Source: Klebsiella phage KpLz-2_45. Taken from it: a DNA stretch of 64,000 bases. The stretch lies in the sequence record MN871446.1; one strand, written 5' to 3'. The position numbers and the translations under genes were made by a program. The notes under the pieces are model-generated. The model was not told the DNA's origin. It was given only the letters and a program-made list of their open reading frames with translations, and made no database searches. Positions within the stretch are counted from its first letter, which is position 1; the number at the start of each line of letters is the position of its first letter. Of the stretch, positions 63,939-64,000 are shown piece after piece.

Positions 63939-64000
63939 TTCCCCGCCTTAAATTCATTAATTTCGATCCCGTAAACTTCGCAACTGATTTCGTTGTATGC
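63937..64000 (-). CDS. 3' end of a gene that starts beyond the window end
   Basis: Open minus-strand frame ...AYNEISCEVYGIEINEFKAGK* ending at a TGA that overlaps the next ATG. Confidence 0.3.

Noticed and set aside
1-64000. CRISPR arrays, integrase or attachment sites, rRNA genes
   Set aside because: No direct-repeat or spacer periodicity was seen. No tyrosine or serine recombinase motifs were found in any ORF. The only DNA-binding recombination-associated fold is the tiny AlpA-like HTH. The region reads as virulent-phage DNA throughout.

Overview
The window looks like a 64-kb stretch of a large virulent myovirus genome, probably a jumbo phiKZ-like (Chimalliviridae-type) phage of an enterobacterial host. 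The evidence is a tubulin/FtsZ-fold GTPase (PhuZ/TubZ-like), a lytic transglycosylase with motif-level similarity to the phiKZ gp144 catalytic domain as I recall it, a very large terminase, and a highly codon-optimised 689-aa/291-aa gene pair that I read as tail sheath and tube. E. coli-like Tdk and YgiB homologues point to an enterobacterial host. About 85% of genes run on the minus strand in long, tightly packed, often translationally coupled blocks. A few plus-strand islands carry highly expressed late-type genes (5577-6407, 25112-28957, 44398-45693, 51056-53293, 57786-59845). Confident calls are thymidine kinase, PhoH, a SpoT-like HD (p)ppGpp hydrolase, a DHH/DHHA1 phosphoesterase, a HAD phosphatase, a pectate-lyase-fold tailspike, a GT2 glycosyltransferase, a PG-binding endolysin and a terminase large subunit. 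Most other ORFs are orphans. Non-coding structure is prominent: about 20 GC-rich intrinsic-terminator hairpins, several bidirectional. A roughly 100-bp intergenic cassette recurs at four or more divergent junctions and carries a conserved minus-gene leader (AACTAAACCAATAAGGA) and a conserved plus-side promoter-like box (CAATATATACATCAAAAAAA-TG). Also present are a run of seven tiny membrane proteins (three below the 60-aa ORF cut-off), at least nine Sec-signal small proteins, a tandem paralogue pair, and a small 41-aa transmembrane gene just after the endolysin. No rRNA, tRNA, CRISPR array or integrase was found. All homology statements are from motif recognition by eye, not database searches.
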